This document shows, piece by piece, positions 48,201 to 55,789 of a stretch of 62,017 bases of DNA. Both the position numbers and the translations under genes were made by a program. The stretch is from Opitutales bacterium (GTDB lineage Bacteria > Verrucomicrobiota > Verrucomicrobiia > Opitutales > JABDGR01): the NCBI GenBank assembly GCA_035546135.1, contig DASZWY010000136.1, forward strand, positions 1 to 62,017, read 5' to 3'. The notes beneath the pieces were generated by a model, which saw nothing but the letters and a program-made list of their open reading frames with translations, did not search any database and was not told the DNA's origin. Numbering within the stretch: position 1 is the stretch's first letter; every line of letters begins with the position of its first letter.

Positions 48201-49184
48201 TACGCAGCCGACGCGGCCCTGGCCACCCACCCCAAGACGGCGGCAGGCTGGTGGTATCGGTACGCCATGAGTGACGGCCTGATGCAAATACTGCTGGCCC
48301 TGGCCGCCGCCGGCGTGTTCGGCAAGGCGCTGGAGGAAATGAGCCAAGGCATCGGCGGCCGCGACAAGATGAATTACGCGGCGCTCCCGCTCGGCACCAC
48401 GGAAGGCGGCGAATACGGCCACAAGACCACCGAACTGCGCCTGCCGATGGATCCGAGCGCGAAGGCGATTTCAGGACTGCTGTACTGGACGACCTACAAG
48501 GCGGCGATGACGGCGCAGGGCCGAGCCAGCGCGGCCACACCGCTGCCCAACGCGCTGAATTTCCTGACGGAACAACTGCCGGGCGAAAACCCGACCCTGA
48601 AAATCGCGCAAGCGTGGAAACAATATCTGGGCGGCCAGAACCCGATTGACGACTACCGCGGGCAGCCGATTCTGACCGACAACGAATTTCTGGCCGGCGG
48701 ATGGGACAGCCTGAAACCGATGCTGGCCTGGACCGCCGACGAGGGCGGCGCCAGCTCGTTCTTCCGCTACGACCCGCGGGCAAACACCACGACGGAAACG
48801 GTCGTGGGCGGCGCACCGGTGCTCAGCAGCATCCTCAAATTCACCGACCAGGGTTACCGCGAGCAGCAACAGGCGCAGCAGCTCGCGGATGAAAGCGCCC
48901 ACGCGCGCGCCGTGCTCGATTTGCCGGCCGGCGTGCAGGCGCTTATCCACGAATACGAATACCTCGACCGGGTGAAGGCCGCCGACCGCACGCCGGCGCA
49001 GCAAGAACGCTTCGCGGAACTGGCGGCCTGGCATCACGCGCTCTACGACCGCAGCGGCGGCGGCCCATCGCTGATGCAGCACTACGTGCAGGCGCACAGC
49101 AGCGGCGACACGACCGCGGCGCAGGAGCAGGCCCAGAACCTCGCCGCGTTCAGCGCGGGCTATTTCCCGCAATCCGCACATTGA
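42279..49184 (+). CDS. giant polyvalent virion protein (2301 aa) with JAB/RadC-like and zincin HExxH modules
   Basis: Uninterrupted 6.9-kb ORF. The JAB/MPN-RadC motif FLHNHPTGDVRPSPTDVETS has its first His at residue 928 (nt 45060). The metallopeptidase motif AAHELGHLVDW is at residues 1234-1238 (nt 45978-45992). N-terminal short repeats (LADMVEAPP / LADQVEAPP). A Gln/Ala coiled-coil tract lies near 43800-44000. Confidence 0.8.
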   Translation: MPQLADMVEAPPRLADQVEAPPSLAEEVTAPDQLPENPQPRVLVKAAYNDPNAVTSYQMDSEDVPHSVDNSTPAIYRPLYDQATEQMLADWKAGKKPIDWSKLDGAGVLGMAGLLMQAYPDDAAKISEEARPYAKAILTARGFPDEDASTLAGTTRRFEDFAGAAGGSALTDLAQKADQLATGATPQEADEAMANASMLARQNRALSALQNDGDTNWLKTAGVLLSWAAGANAVARGQLGLRTMAALDASGAPVLTEAGTPLMVRAPFQYAVDPLSLQGILRNAGFSAAYAGAQGPEYVPSMLAQTFGLPQDRVKSALEAGGLDLVFGTILRGLHGGSQLDQWRKAPAFSDLADLNDKDFQAAATKRVQGALADELERRAAAARPPGAAPADAPKLADLAEAPEEATTPAEAPAPAAGDAEAQFLAKAAPPPTEPPPTGGEADVNQFYDLESITDPEGFAKRQDVQKLLGDYGLTEDEVARTTADRRAELLKLAPDEVKQLYAAQRETDAQEALARQARSDAARAEWEQQQAAQAQLRKTAGLRAAAEARAAQADAAASQAAKEEAWQQQQDARAQASEPFHAIPEEEISDRMEYLQSTEPEHLDDAALQWGANHGLDWAAQALRERTLQDPIVRAQMQQEHDAAEQESGAVDLLTALRRAGRKLPSPQLARAQGDPMAGELQDLSDSLTFGQRQQIFDYNRYTDPDRVRESLTEEGFRYETPAELLADAIDNARGFARTQAAPMLMREAAAPLDETAERGNIGSDERPTQQELALGAQAVETLGHGANGPTETRIVPATGHGIHLSEGEPARPGAHLGGPGWRDALPSSIKWKGYGLARRLIGDGVITFTGEPIHGWDDLAARAQVLRNPLFETFYALFFKDDTLAGVYAVSSREPSITRTLAPGDTPATLKAMKAKLGANGYAFLHNHPTGDVRPSPTDVETSEWLAEEMGDGYRGHIVINHTKYAIIFPKEDAEIAIEVRALPGARGRDPLRQPEIKHPALGQVMAFPDQIAQAGKAMESGGDTVTAFLLNKRKVINAVVQLAVDDLTRPGTFIDLGMALRESGAPGAALYYAGPRGAEVKQAAHDLMQRGYVHDYAIKNADGTMDFPGHEESQKAEERRNRQAAETTSLRVQEDEDPGQLGEYQANAPYRVEVSDQKWAPLELGHLEKVRPVEMPELVQMIRALTGDLPELRKLPKADGLFRVSPAGTARVVLDPRIFTNAVDASRTAAHELGHLVDWFPSEADQGKGTLSRGNILGHLAALRGYLKNTLEAMPSDEAKRLTPEDRKFLRNAAMKKAGPRPPGRQPEFLKSWQDRAAAIYRSLLEQAAEKRGLLQREAVTEELKTITEWWRPFEPENVPASYLKYRYSAKELYADALSVLFNSPQDLAQKAPKFWKSFFAYLDKRPQAKAQLFETWELLNRGQRAVLAERERMIRGMFASGEELFMRKFEERRLRHNSLAGWKSRLKQEFWDHYAPVIDRARQKYGHELDQVGQPAKFYDDPRWIFDAHPLAAGNREYIFSSRLFHRIVRPLERSGLTTQQLGEFMLHNRILNEAYADQAGNAGGRANLANPLGLTPLQARQHLLKLRLDLGMEKMTALERAARDFQDLTFAATREAVDVGSYHRETFAKIVEPNRRNYATFAVLDGLENNPHIPAGIRAQTGTLKDIANPFTAQVLKTITLLRLNELQRAKNAMLDGLAANFPGDFARAEVTRDATGRATPRPPPDGREQLMRLVDGQPEYWNTDPYIARAFERLVPAQASAALQALNLPWQKIFYPLAIKYNPAFMLWTALYRHYIQSARNLGAVTQGRAGFWKLAGAYLRNYQAAAAYADGKALETAGAGIVNDMMHNQAIGTPLDTQIYTDARNDHLEQLLERARVLPERKSPWQEHNLFRTLTWLPRQIARQGSILAVLPKVGAYDVLTNELGMPRGLAANVVRNYIGIPNTRKKGTYTNIAAVIQPFLNVAMKGYAADAALATHPKTAAGWWYRYAMSDGLMQILLALAAAGVFGKALEEMSQGIGGRDKMNYAALPLGTTEGGEYGHKTTELRLPMDPSAKAISGLLYWTTYKAAMTAQGRASAATPLPNALNFLTEQLPGENPTLKIAQAWKQYLGGQNPIDDYRGQPILTDNEFLAGGWDSLKPMLAWTADEGGASSFFRYDPRANTTTETVVGGAPVLSSILKFTDQGYREQQQAQQLADESAHARAVLDLPAGVQALIHEYEYLDRVKAADRTPAQQERFAELAAWHHALYDRSGGGPSLMQHYVQAHSSGDTTAAQEQAQNLAAFSAGYFPQSAH

Positions 49185-49215
49185 TTTGGCCTCGACGGGC
49201 GGCAAAAATCAACGG

Positions 49216-49229
49216 GTTTGCCGGCAAAC
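49216..49229. repeat. GTTTGCCGGCAAAC palindrome, perfect copy (intergenic, 32 bp after the last phage gene)
   Basis: Read directly from the sequence. Confidence 0.95.
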
Positions 49230-49321
49230 GAATACCAGCGCACGCGCAGTGACACGGTGTCACCCGCTCGCAAAATTATTCCGGAAAATATTCCTCAGGA
49301 CGCGGCTTTCAAAACCGGATT

Positions 49322-49344
49322 AAAAACCGTAGCAGGCGGTTTTT
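49322..49344. terminator. AT-rich hairpin with flanking T/A runs (possible bidirectional terminator at the prophage right end)
   Basis: AAAAACCG (49322-49329) pairs with CGGTTTTT (49337-49344), with a 7-nt loop, followed by AGGTTTTT. The stem is weak. Confidence 0.3.
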
Positions 49345-49406
49345 AGGTTTTTCGCAAATTGCTATAAATCAGATAATTGCCGTTAATTTTAAGACCTTCC
49401 GGCTAC

Positions 49407-49446
<40 letters not shown>

Positions 49447-49590
49447 TTGGGGGAACTGCCAAAAGGGAGATAATTGGGATTTTCCCTCCTTCCGGCAAGC
49501 TAAAATGGCGCCGAAAAATTAAACTATGAATGCTACAGAGGACGGATAAAGAAACCAAAAACCCGCGCCATTCGTGGAATCCGTGGTTGC

Positions 49591-51390
49591 CTATAACCGC
49601 GACAGCAGCAGTTCGCGCTCGAAGATCATTTCCTTGGGGAGGTGGTCGAAGAGGGAGATGAAGAGTTCCTCGTGGGCGAGGGTTTGGAGGGCGGTGCGGG
49701 GGCGGTCGAAGGCCATCAGCTCGCCCCACTTGGCGCGGGGGTAGTCGAGGCCGCGCCAGTCGATGTCCTCATAGCGCGGGAGCCAGCCGAGCGGGCTTTC
49801 CTTGGCGAAGGCGCGGCCATTGGCGCGTTCGACAATCCAGCGCAGCACACGCATGTTTTGCCCGTAGCCCGGCCACATGAATTTGCCCTCCGCGTCCTTG
49901 CGGAACCAGTTGACGTGGAAAATGCGCGGCGCCACTTCGAGGTGCTTGCCGACCTTGAGCCAGTGCCGGAAATAGTCGGCCATGTGATAGCCGCAGAACG
50001 GCAGCATGGCCATCGGGTCGCGCCGCAGCGCGCCGACCTTGCCTTCCGCCGCCGCGGTTTGCTCGGAGCCCATCGTCGCGCCGAGGTAAACGCCGTGGCT
50101 CCAGGTGAACGCCTGATAGACCAGCGGCACATCGCTCATGCGCCGCCCACCGAACACAAAGGCCTTGATGGGCACGCCCGCCAGATTGTTCACCTCGGAG
50201 TCGAGGCAGGGGCAATTGGCGATGGGCGCGGTGAAGCGCGAATTCGGGTGCGACGAAGGCTGCCCGCAGCCGGGGGTCCAGTCCTGGCCCTGCCAGTCAA
50301 TCAAGTGCGCGGGTGATTCCTTGGTGAGACCCTCCCACCAGACATCGCCGTCATCGGTCAGGGCGACATTGGTGAAAATGGTGTCCTTGGCGCACGAGGC
50401 CAGGGCGTTCGGGTTCGTCTCCGCCGAGGTGCCGGGGGCGACGCCGAAGAAACCATTCTCCGGATTAATGCCGTAGAGCCGCCCGTCCGCCCCGGGTTTG
50501 ATCCATGCGATGTCGTCGCCGACGGTGGTGACCTTCCAGCCCTTCATTTCCTTGGGCGGGATGATCATGGCGAAATTCGTCTTGCCGCAGGCGCTGGGGA
50601 ATGCCGCCGCGACGTAGGTCTTTTCGCCCTCCGGATTTTCAACGCCAAGGATGAGCATGTGCTCCGCGAGCCAGCCGTGGTCGCGCGCCATGACCGAGGC
50701 GATGCGCAGGGCGAGGCATTTCTTGCCCAGGAGCGCGTTGCCGCCGTAGCCCGAGCCGTAGGAGACGATGCTGCGCTCCTCGGGAAAATGCACGATGTAG
50801 GTGTTCTCCGGGTTGCACGGCCACGGCACGTCCTTTTGCCCGGGCTTGAGCGGCTGGCCGACGGAGTGGATGCACGGCACGAAAAATCCGTTGTCGCCCA
50901 GCACGTCGAGCACCGCCGGGCCCACGCGCGCCATGATGCGCATGTTGACGACGACGTAGGGCGAGTCCGTCACCTGCACGCCGATTTGCGCGAGCGGCGA
51001 GCCAACCGGGCCCATCGAGTAGGGGATGACATACATCGTGCGCCCCGCCATGCAGCCGGTGAACATGTCGGTGAGCTTGTGGCGCATCGCGCGCGGCTCC
51101 TCCCAATTGTTCGTCGGCCCGGCGTCATCCTTGCTGACCGAGCAGATGAACGTGCGCTTCTCGACGCGGGCGACGTCGCGCGGGTCGGAACGGAATAAAT
51201 AACAATTGGGCCGCTTGGCTGGGTTGAGCTTGATGGCCATCCCGCTCTGGACCATGCCGGCGAACAATTCCTCGGCTTCCACCGCCGAGCCGTCGCACCA
51301 GCGCACGGCCTGCGGCTGGCACATCTCGGTCATTTTACCGATCCATTTTAAGAGGGCGGAGTGGGTGGTCTTGGGTTGGTAGGCGCTCAT
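49591..51390 (-). CDS. pckG: phosphoenolpyruvate carboxykinase (GTP)
   Basis: 599 aa. Hallmark [18 protein letters not shown] kinase motif, with full-length resemblance to GTP-PEPCK. Confidence 0.9.
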   Translation of the reverse strand: MSAYQPKTTHSALLKWIGKMTEMCQPQAVRWCDGSAVEAEELFAGMVQSGMAIKLNPAKRPNCYLFRSDPRDVARVEKRTFICSVSKDDAGPTNNWEEPRAMRHKLTDMFTGCMAGRTMYVIPYSMGPVGSPLAQIGVQVTDSPYVVVNMRIMARVGPAVLDVLGDNGFFVPCIHSVGQPLKPGQKDVPWPCNPENTYIVHFPEERSIVSYGSGYGGNALLGKKCLALRIASVMARDHGWLAEHMLILGVENPEGEKTYVAAAFPSACGKTNFAMIIPPKEMKGWKVTTVGDDIAWIKPGADGRLYGINPENGFFGVAPGTSAETNPNALASCAKDTIFTNVALTDDGDVWWEGLTKESPAHLIDWQGQDWTPGCGQPSSHPNSRFTAPIANCPCLDSEVNNLAGVPIKAFVFGGRRMSDVPLVYQAFTWSHGVYLGATMGSEQTAAAEGKVGALRRDPMAMLPFCGYHMADYFRHWLKVGKHLEVAPRIFHVNWFRKDAEGKFMWPGYGQNMRVLRWIVERANGRAFAKESPLGWLPRYEDIDWRGLDYPRAKWGELMAFDRPRTALQTLAHEELFISLFDHLPKEMIFERELLLSRL

Positions 51391-51437
51391 GAGCTTGCTT
51401 TAATTATCGGTCTGGCGCCGGCGATGCCAAGCCGTGT

Positions 51438-52859
51438 TTAGTGACGGTGTCGTGACGATGACGACGAGTCCGAGGATCGGGAACCGGAATGTCGTCGCGA
51501 GGATTTGGACGAGGAGGAAGACGAGGAGGGGCCGGACGACGACGAATGAAAGTGCCGGTGCCGGCGGCGGCGGCGCTCATATTCCTCGCGTTCGGCCTTG
51601 GGTGGCGGCCGCAGAATCGCGAGGCCCACCAACGCCAACAGACCCGCGCCCGCGCCCCAGCCGGCGGCCCGGGCGCCCAGCTTGGCCCACGGCAAGGGGT
51701 CCGCCGTATCCGGCGGGTCGGCCTTGGCAAGCAGGGCGTAAATGGGGTCCGTCAGGTTGAACTGCGTTTCCGCATCGGCGACCGTCACGCGCAATTGGTT
51801 CAGCACCTGGTTTTCGGTCTCATATTTTTTGCGCAGGCCGTCATAGGTGCCGCGGGCGGCCGTCAGATCCTGGTTTTTGCTTTGCATGTCCTGGAGGCGC
51901 TTGCTGGCCTGAAGGTAATTATTCTGTGCTTCCTGCAAGTCTGCGCTCAGTTGCCGCACCACCGATTCGGTGGCGGAGGTCAGGGCGTTGACGGCGGTGT
52001 CCATGCGGGCCTTGGCGTCCGTCATCGCCGGGGATTCGGGTTGAAAGCCTTGGTTTTGCAAATTCTGGACGTTGATCGCCGCGTCCTGCGCCGCTTGGTA
52101 TAAATCGGCAATGTGCAACTGGCCGCGGACGAAATCGAGGTCCCAGACTGGTTTTTTCGCCGCGGTCTGGTCGACCACCTGCTGCCGGCGCAAGTCGAGC
52201 GAGTCGAGCCGGCTCTTCAAGTCAATGACCTGCTTGTTCATGTCCGCGATGGCTTGCAGGTAAACGGTGTCCGAGCCGGTGTTGAAATTCGTCATGTCAT
52301 ATTGCGCGCTCAGGTCCTGCATTTGCTTTTGCAGGCCTGCGACTTTTTTTTCCTCCCCGGTCAGTTTCGCCCGCAAATCGCCCAGGCTCTTGGTTTCGCG
52401 GTCGCTCTTGGCGGCATTGCACTCCGCCACAAATTCCGCGGCCATCGCGTTGGCGATTTGCGCCGCCACCTTGGGGTCGGGGTGCCGGAAGCCCACGTCC
52501 ACGAGCCGGTCTGTCGCCGTGATGGTGCGGCCGCTCATTAAAATCTCCACCGCGCCGCTGCCGGCGCTCCATTGGAACCAGTGCTGGTAGGGCGCCAGCA
52601 GGTTGCGCCGGTCGGTTTCGCTCAGGCCCGCCGCCACCTTGCGCAGGAGACCGTCGGAATACAGCGGTGAGAGATACATCGCCAGCGCCTCCCGCGACGT
52701 GACCTGCCCGGCCGAGCGCGCGTTGTAGTCCGAGACCTGCGCATAGGCCGTGTAAACGCGCCCGAAAATCGCCGACCAACCAAGGTAAATGGCCGCGACC
52801 GCCACGAAAATCCCGAGCAGCGCGCGGCGGCGCTGGCGCATGACATACAGGAGATTCAT
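51438..52859 (-). CDS. polysaccharide co-polymerase (Wzz/GumC-like) protein with Ser/Arg-rich C-terminal tail
   Basis: N-terminal TM (LLGIFVAVAAIYLGW), a long coiled-coil periplasmic region and a C-terminal TM (AGWGAGAGLLALVGLAIL). ATG 52859 (MNLLYVMRQRRR) is preferred to 53084. Confidence 0.6.
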   Translation of the reverse strand: MNLLYVMRQRRRALLGIFVAVAAIYLGWSAIFGRVYTAYAQVSDYNARSAGQVTSREALAMYLSPLYSDGLLRKVAAGLSETDRRNLLAPYQHWFQWSAGSGAVEILMSGRTITATDRLVDVGFRHPDPKVAAQIANAMAAEFVAECNAAKSDRETKSLGDLRAKLTGEEKKVAGLQKQMQDLSAQYDMTNFNTGSDTVYLQAIADMNKQVIDLKSRLDSLDLRRQQVVDQTAAKKPVWDLDFVRGQLHIADLYQAAQDAAINVQNLQNQGFQPESPAMTDAKARMDTAVNALTSATESVVRQLSADLQEAQNNYLQASKRLQDMQSKNQDLTAARGTYDGLRKKYETENQVLNQLRVTVADAETQFNLTDPIYALLAKADPPDTADPLPWAKLGARAAGWGAGAGLLALVGLAILRPPPKAEREEYERRRRRHRHFHSSSSGPSSSSSSSKSSRRHSGSRSSDSSSSSRHRH

Positions 52860-53143
52860 GGGGGTTTTTTCACCCCGAGGCCGGGGCGAAGGGCAGATAA
52901 TGGACGAGATTGCCCGGTTAATCAAGACCGCGCGTTTCCCGCTTTGGTCCGGTAATGTCTCACTTTGGGCCGTCGCAAGCGACACCCCTACAGTTTTTGT
53001 CCCTGTTGCTGTAGGGGCGCCGCTGGTCGGCGGCCCTTCTGTAAGTTCAAACTGAGACCCGACCACAGCTCTGGGGGCGTTCATCTGTCGCCGTGATTTT
53101 TAGCTTCATTCATGCAAACGCCTCCTTCATCCTGCTCTTTCTC

Positions 53144-54127
53144 ATGAAATACCGCGAACTGGGCCGCACGGGCTGGAAAATCTCCACAGTCAGTTTTGGC
53201 GCGTGGGCCATCGGCAGCATGTGGGGCGATGTCCGCGACGAGGATTCCCTGGCCGCCTTGCACCGCGCCCTCGACCTCGGCGTCAACTTCTTCGACACCG
53301 CCGACGTTTACGGCGACGGCCACAGCGAGCGCCTCATTGCCCGGCTGCGCCGCGAACGCTCCGAGCCCTTTTACGTCGCCACCAAGGCCGGCCGCCGCCT
53401 CAACCCCCATGTGGCCGACGGCTACAACCGCGCAAATCTCACCGCTTTTGTCGAGCGCAGCCTGAAAAATCTCGAGGTGGACACGATTGACCTGCTCCAG
53501 CTCCATTGCCCGCCGACGGACGTCTATTACCGTCCCGAGACCTTCGCGGCCCTCGATGGCCTCGTCAAAGCCGGCAAGCTGCGCCACTACGGCGTCAGCG
53601 TCGAGCGCGTCGAGGAGGCCCTGAAGGCCATCGAATACCCCGGCGTGCAATCGGTGCAGATTATCTTCAACATTTTCCGCCAGCGGCCCGCCGATTTGTT
53701 TTTTGCGCAGGCCAAAAAGAAAAAAGTCGGCATCCTCGCGCGCCTCCCCCTGTCCTCCGGCATGTTGTCCGGCAAGATGACGAAGCAGAGCCAGTTTGCG
53801 AAAGACGACCACCGCGCCTTCAACCGCCACGGCGAGATGTTTGACCGCGGCGAGACATTCTCCGGCGTGGACTACAACGTGGGCCTCTCGGTCGTGGAGC
53901 AGCTTCGTCCCCTGGTGCCCAAGGGGATGACAATGGCGCAGTTCGCCCTGCGCTGGATTCAGATGCACCCGGCGGTGACCTGCTCCATCCCCGGCGCCAA
54001 ACGGCCCGACCAAGTCGAGCAAAACGCCCTCGCCGCCGACCTGCCGCCCATCACGAAAAATAAAATGGCCGCCATCCAGAAAATTTACGACACCCGCGTC
54101 AAGCCCCTGGTGCAGCCCTATTGGTAA
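53144..54127 (+). CDS. aldo/keto reductase
   Basis: MKYRELGRTGWKISTVSFGAWAIG, then DTADVYGDGHSERLI, then IPGAKRPDQVEQN: typical AKR motifs. Confidence 0.85.
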   Translation: MKYRELGRTGWKISTVSFGAWAIGSMWGDVRDEDSLAALHRALDLGVNFFDTADVYGDGHSERLIARLRRERSEPFYVATKAGRRLNPHVADGYNRANLTAFVERSLKNLEVDTIDLLQLHCPPTDVYYRPETFAALDGLVKAGKLRHYGVSVERVEEALKAIEYPGVQSVQIIFNIFRQRPADLFFAQAKKKKVGILARLPLSSGMLSGKMTKQSQFAKDDHRAFNRHGEMFDRGETFSGVDYNVGLSVVEQLRPLVPKGMTMAQFALRWIQMHPAVTCSIPGAKRPDQVEQNALAADLPPITKNKMAAIQKIYDTRVKPLVQPYW

Positions 54128-54151
54128 ACTCCGATTCCTTTTTTCCACCCC

Positions 54152-55774
54152 ATGAAAATCGGCTTCGAACCCAGCGCCGCCCTGGCTGCGTTTGTCCTGC
54201 TTGGTTCATCTTTGCCACTCAGGGCGTTGGACCCTTCCACGATGCCTGATTTACTGACTTTGCAGGCTGCATCCCAGGCAACGCAAAAAAAGCTGCAAGA
54301 CGGCGCCGCTGCCAACTGGACGACGATCATCACCAAACCCGGTGGGGCGCCCATTACCATCAATGTCATCCGCGAGGGGGACCGGTTCAGCTATTCCTTT
54401 CGCATTCCCGATGGTTCATCCACCACGGAAGTCACGCGAGTGGTTCAGCGTGACGGGGTTTGGTATGTGACGGACCTAGATCAACGGGGAAAATACCGTC
54501 CCTACGAGTGCCCGTTCCAAATTCCCTCCATCGCCGTTTTATTGCCGCGCGCCAATTTTCTTACCGTGGATCGGCCGACGGAAAAACCGCTGGGAGATTT
54601 GCAGGGAGTGAGCAATAATATCGCGACTTTTCACAAGCCGCTGCCGTCCGCGACGAGGGTTGCCCTGCAAGGGGCCAAAAAGCAGGGCCTCGATAGGTTG
54701 GCGGCGGACCCCGCGAATCCCAAGGCCGGCGCGCTCCGGCAGCAAATCGCGCAAATCGACGAATTGCTCAAGAATGGCTTTACCTACCGGGTTGATTTGT
54801 CGAACGGCATCATCATCGACTTCAGCGATGCGCAAATGCAGTTGCAGGTACGCGACTTTCACTGGCTTAGCGTCGCCCCGCCCGCCACCTGGGTGGTGGC
54901 CAGTGGCCGGTGGCCGGATTACACCGCGCCGCCACTGCCCAATGACCGTTCCCAATTCGCGCTGATTCTTGGCAACGCCTCGTGGCGCCCTGGCCTGGGC
55001 AGTGATTACGACTTGAAGCTCTTGGATTTGAACACCGGCGACTTCCGCCGCGTGCCCTATCACGGCGAATCGGCCATGGATGGGGCTTTTTTCGACAACC
55101 GGTCAAAAGTCGTTGTCACGGCGCTAGACGCGATGGCCGGTACGAGCGGGGTTTACACCATTGATTTGGCGACGGGCGAAAACCGTCCGCTCGTGACGGG
55201 CGCAATCAGCGACGCGCTTTTTTACGATCCCGCAGTGTCACCGGATGGAAAATCTGTCGCCGTGACACGGACTGTGCCCGGAGGCGACCTGCTCAAGCAC
55301 CAGGTGGTGATTATCGATTTGGCCACCGGCCAGTCCCACGACGTGGGCAGGCCGGGTGATTACGCCTTCTTGTCCTGGCGGCGCGACGGCAAGGGTCTGA
55401 TCATGCATCGGATTGAGCCTGGTTCGCCCAACCAAATCACGCCACGCAACATTGTCTCCTTGGATTTGCAGGGCACTCTTGCGGTCCTCCACCGGGGAGA
55501 TACTCCGACCGTGCTCGGCGATGGCCGGATTCTTTTCCAGGATGACACCGACAACCTCTGGAAGACCTGCGACGTGCAGGGCCGCAACCCGCAGGTGTTT
55601 GCCGACGGCTTGGCCAAGCACCTATTTGCTTCCGCCGGGCCCGATGGTGCGCATATTTTGTTTATCCGCAAGGAAGACAACCAGACCATGCAGCCGGTCA
55701 TTGTCGATCTCCAAGGCCACGAGAATCTTGTGCCGGTTCCAGCGGCATTATGGACCAATCCTTCTTGGGAGTAG
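54152..55774 (+). CDS. secreted protein with TolB-like beta-propeller repeats
   Basis: Signal-like N-terminus. Repeats of the SPDGKSVAV / SWRRDGKGLI type in the C-terminal half. Confidence 0.5.
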   Translation: MKIGFEPSAALAAFVLLGSSLPLRALDPSTMPDLLTLQAASQATQKKLQDGAAANWTTIITKPGGAPITINVIREGDRFSYSFRIPDGSSTTEVTRVVQRDGVWYVTDLDQRGKYRPYECPFQIPSIAVLLPRANFLTVDRPTEKPLGDLQGVSNNIATFHKPLPSATRVALQGAKKQGLDRLAADPANPKAGALRQQIAQIDELLKNGFTYRVDLSNGIIIDFSDAQMQLQVRDFHWLSVAPPATWVVASGRWPDYTAPPLPNDRSQFALILGNASWRPGLGSDYDLKLLDLNTGDFRRVPYHGESAMDGAFFDNRSKVVVTALDAMAGTSGVYTIDLATGENRPLVTGAISDALFYDPAVSPDGKSVAVTRTVPGGDLLKHQVVIIDLATGQSHDVGRPGDYAFLSWRRDGKGLIMHRIEPGSPNQITPRNIVSLDLQGTLAVLHRGDTPTVLGDGRILFQDDTDNLWKTCDVQGRNPQVFADGLAKHLFASAGPDGAHILFIRKEDNQTMQPVIVDLQGHENLVPVPAALWTNPSWE

Positions 55775-55789
55775 GCGGGCTGTGGGTAT

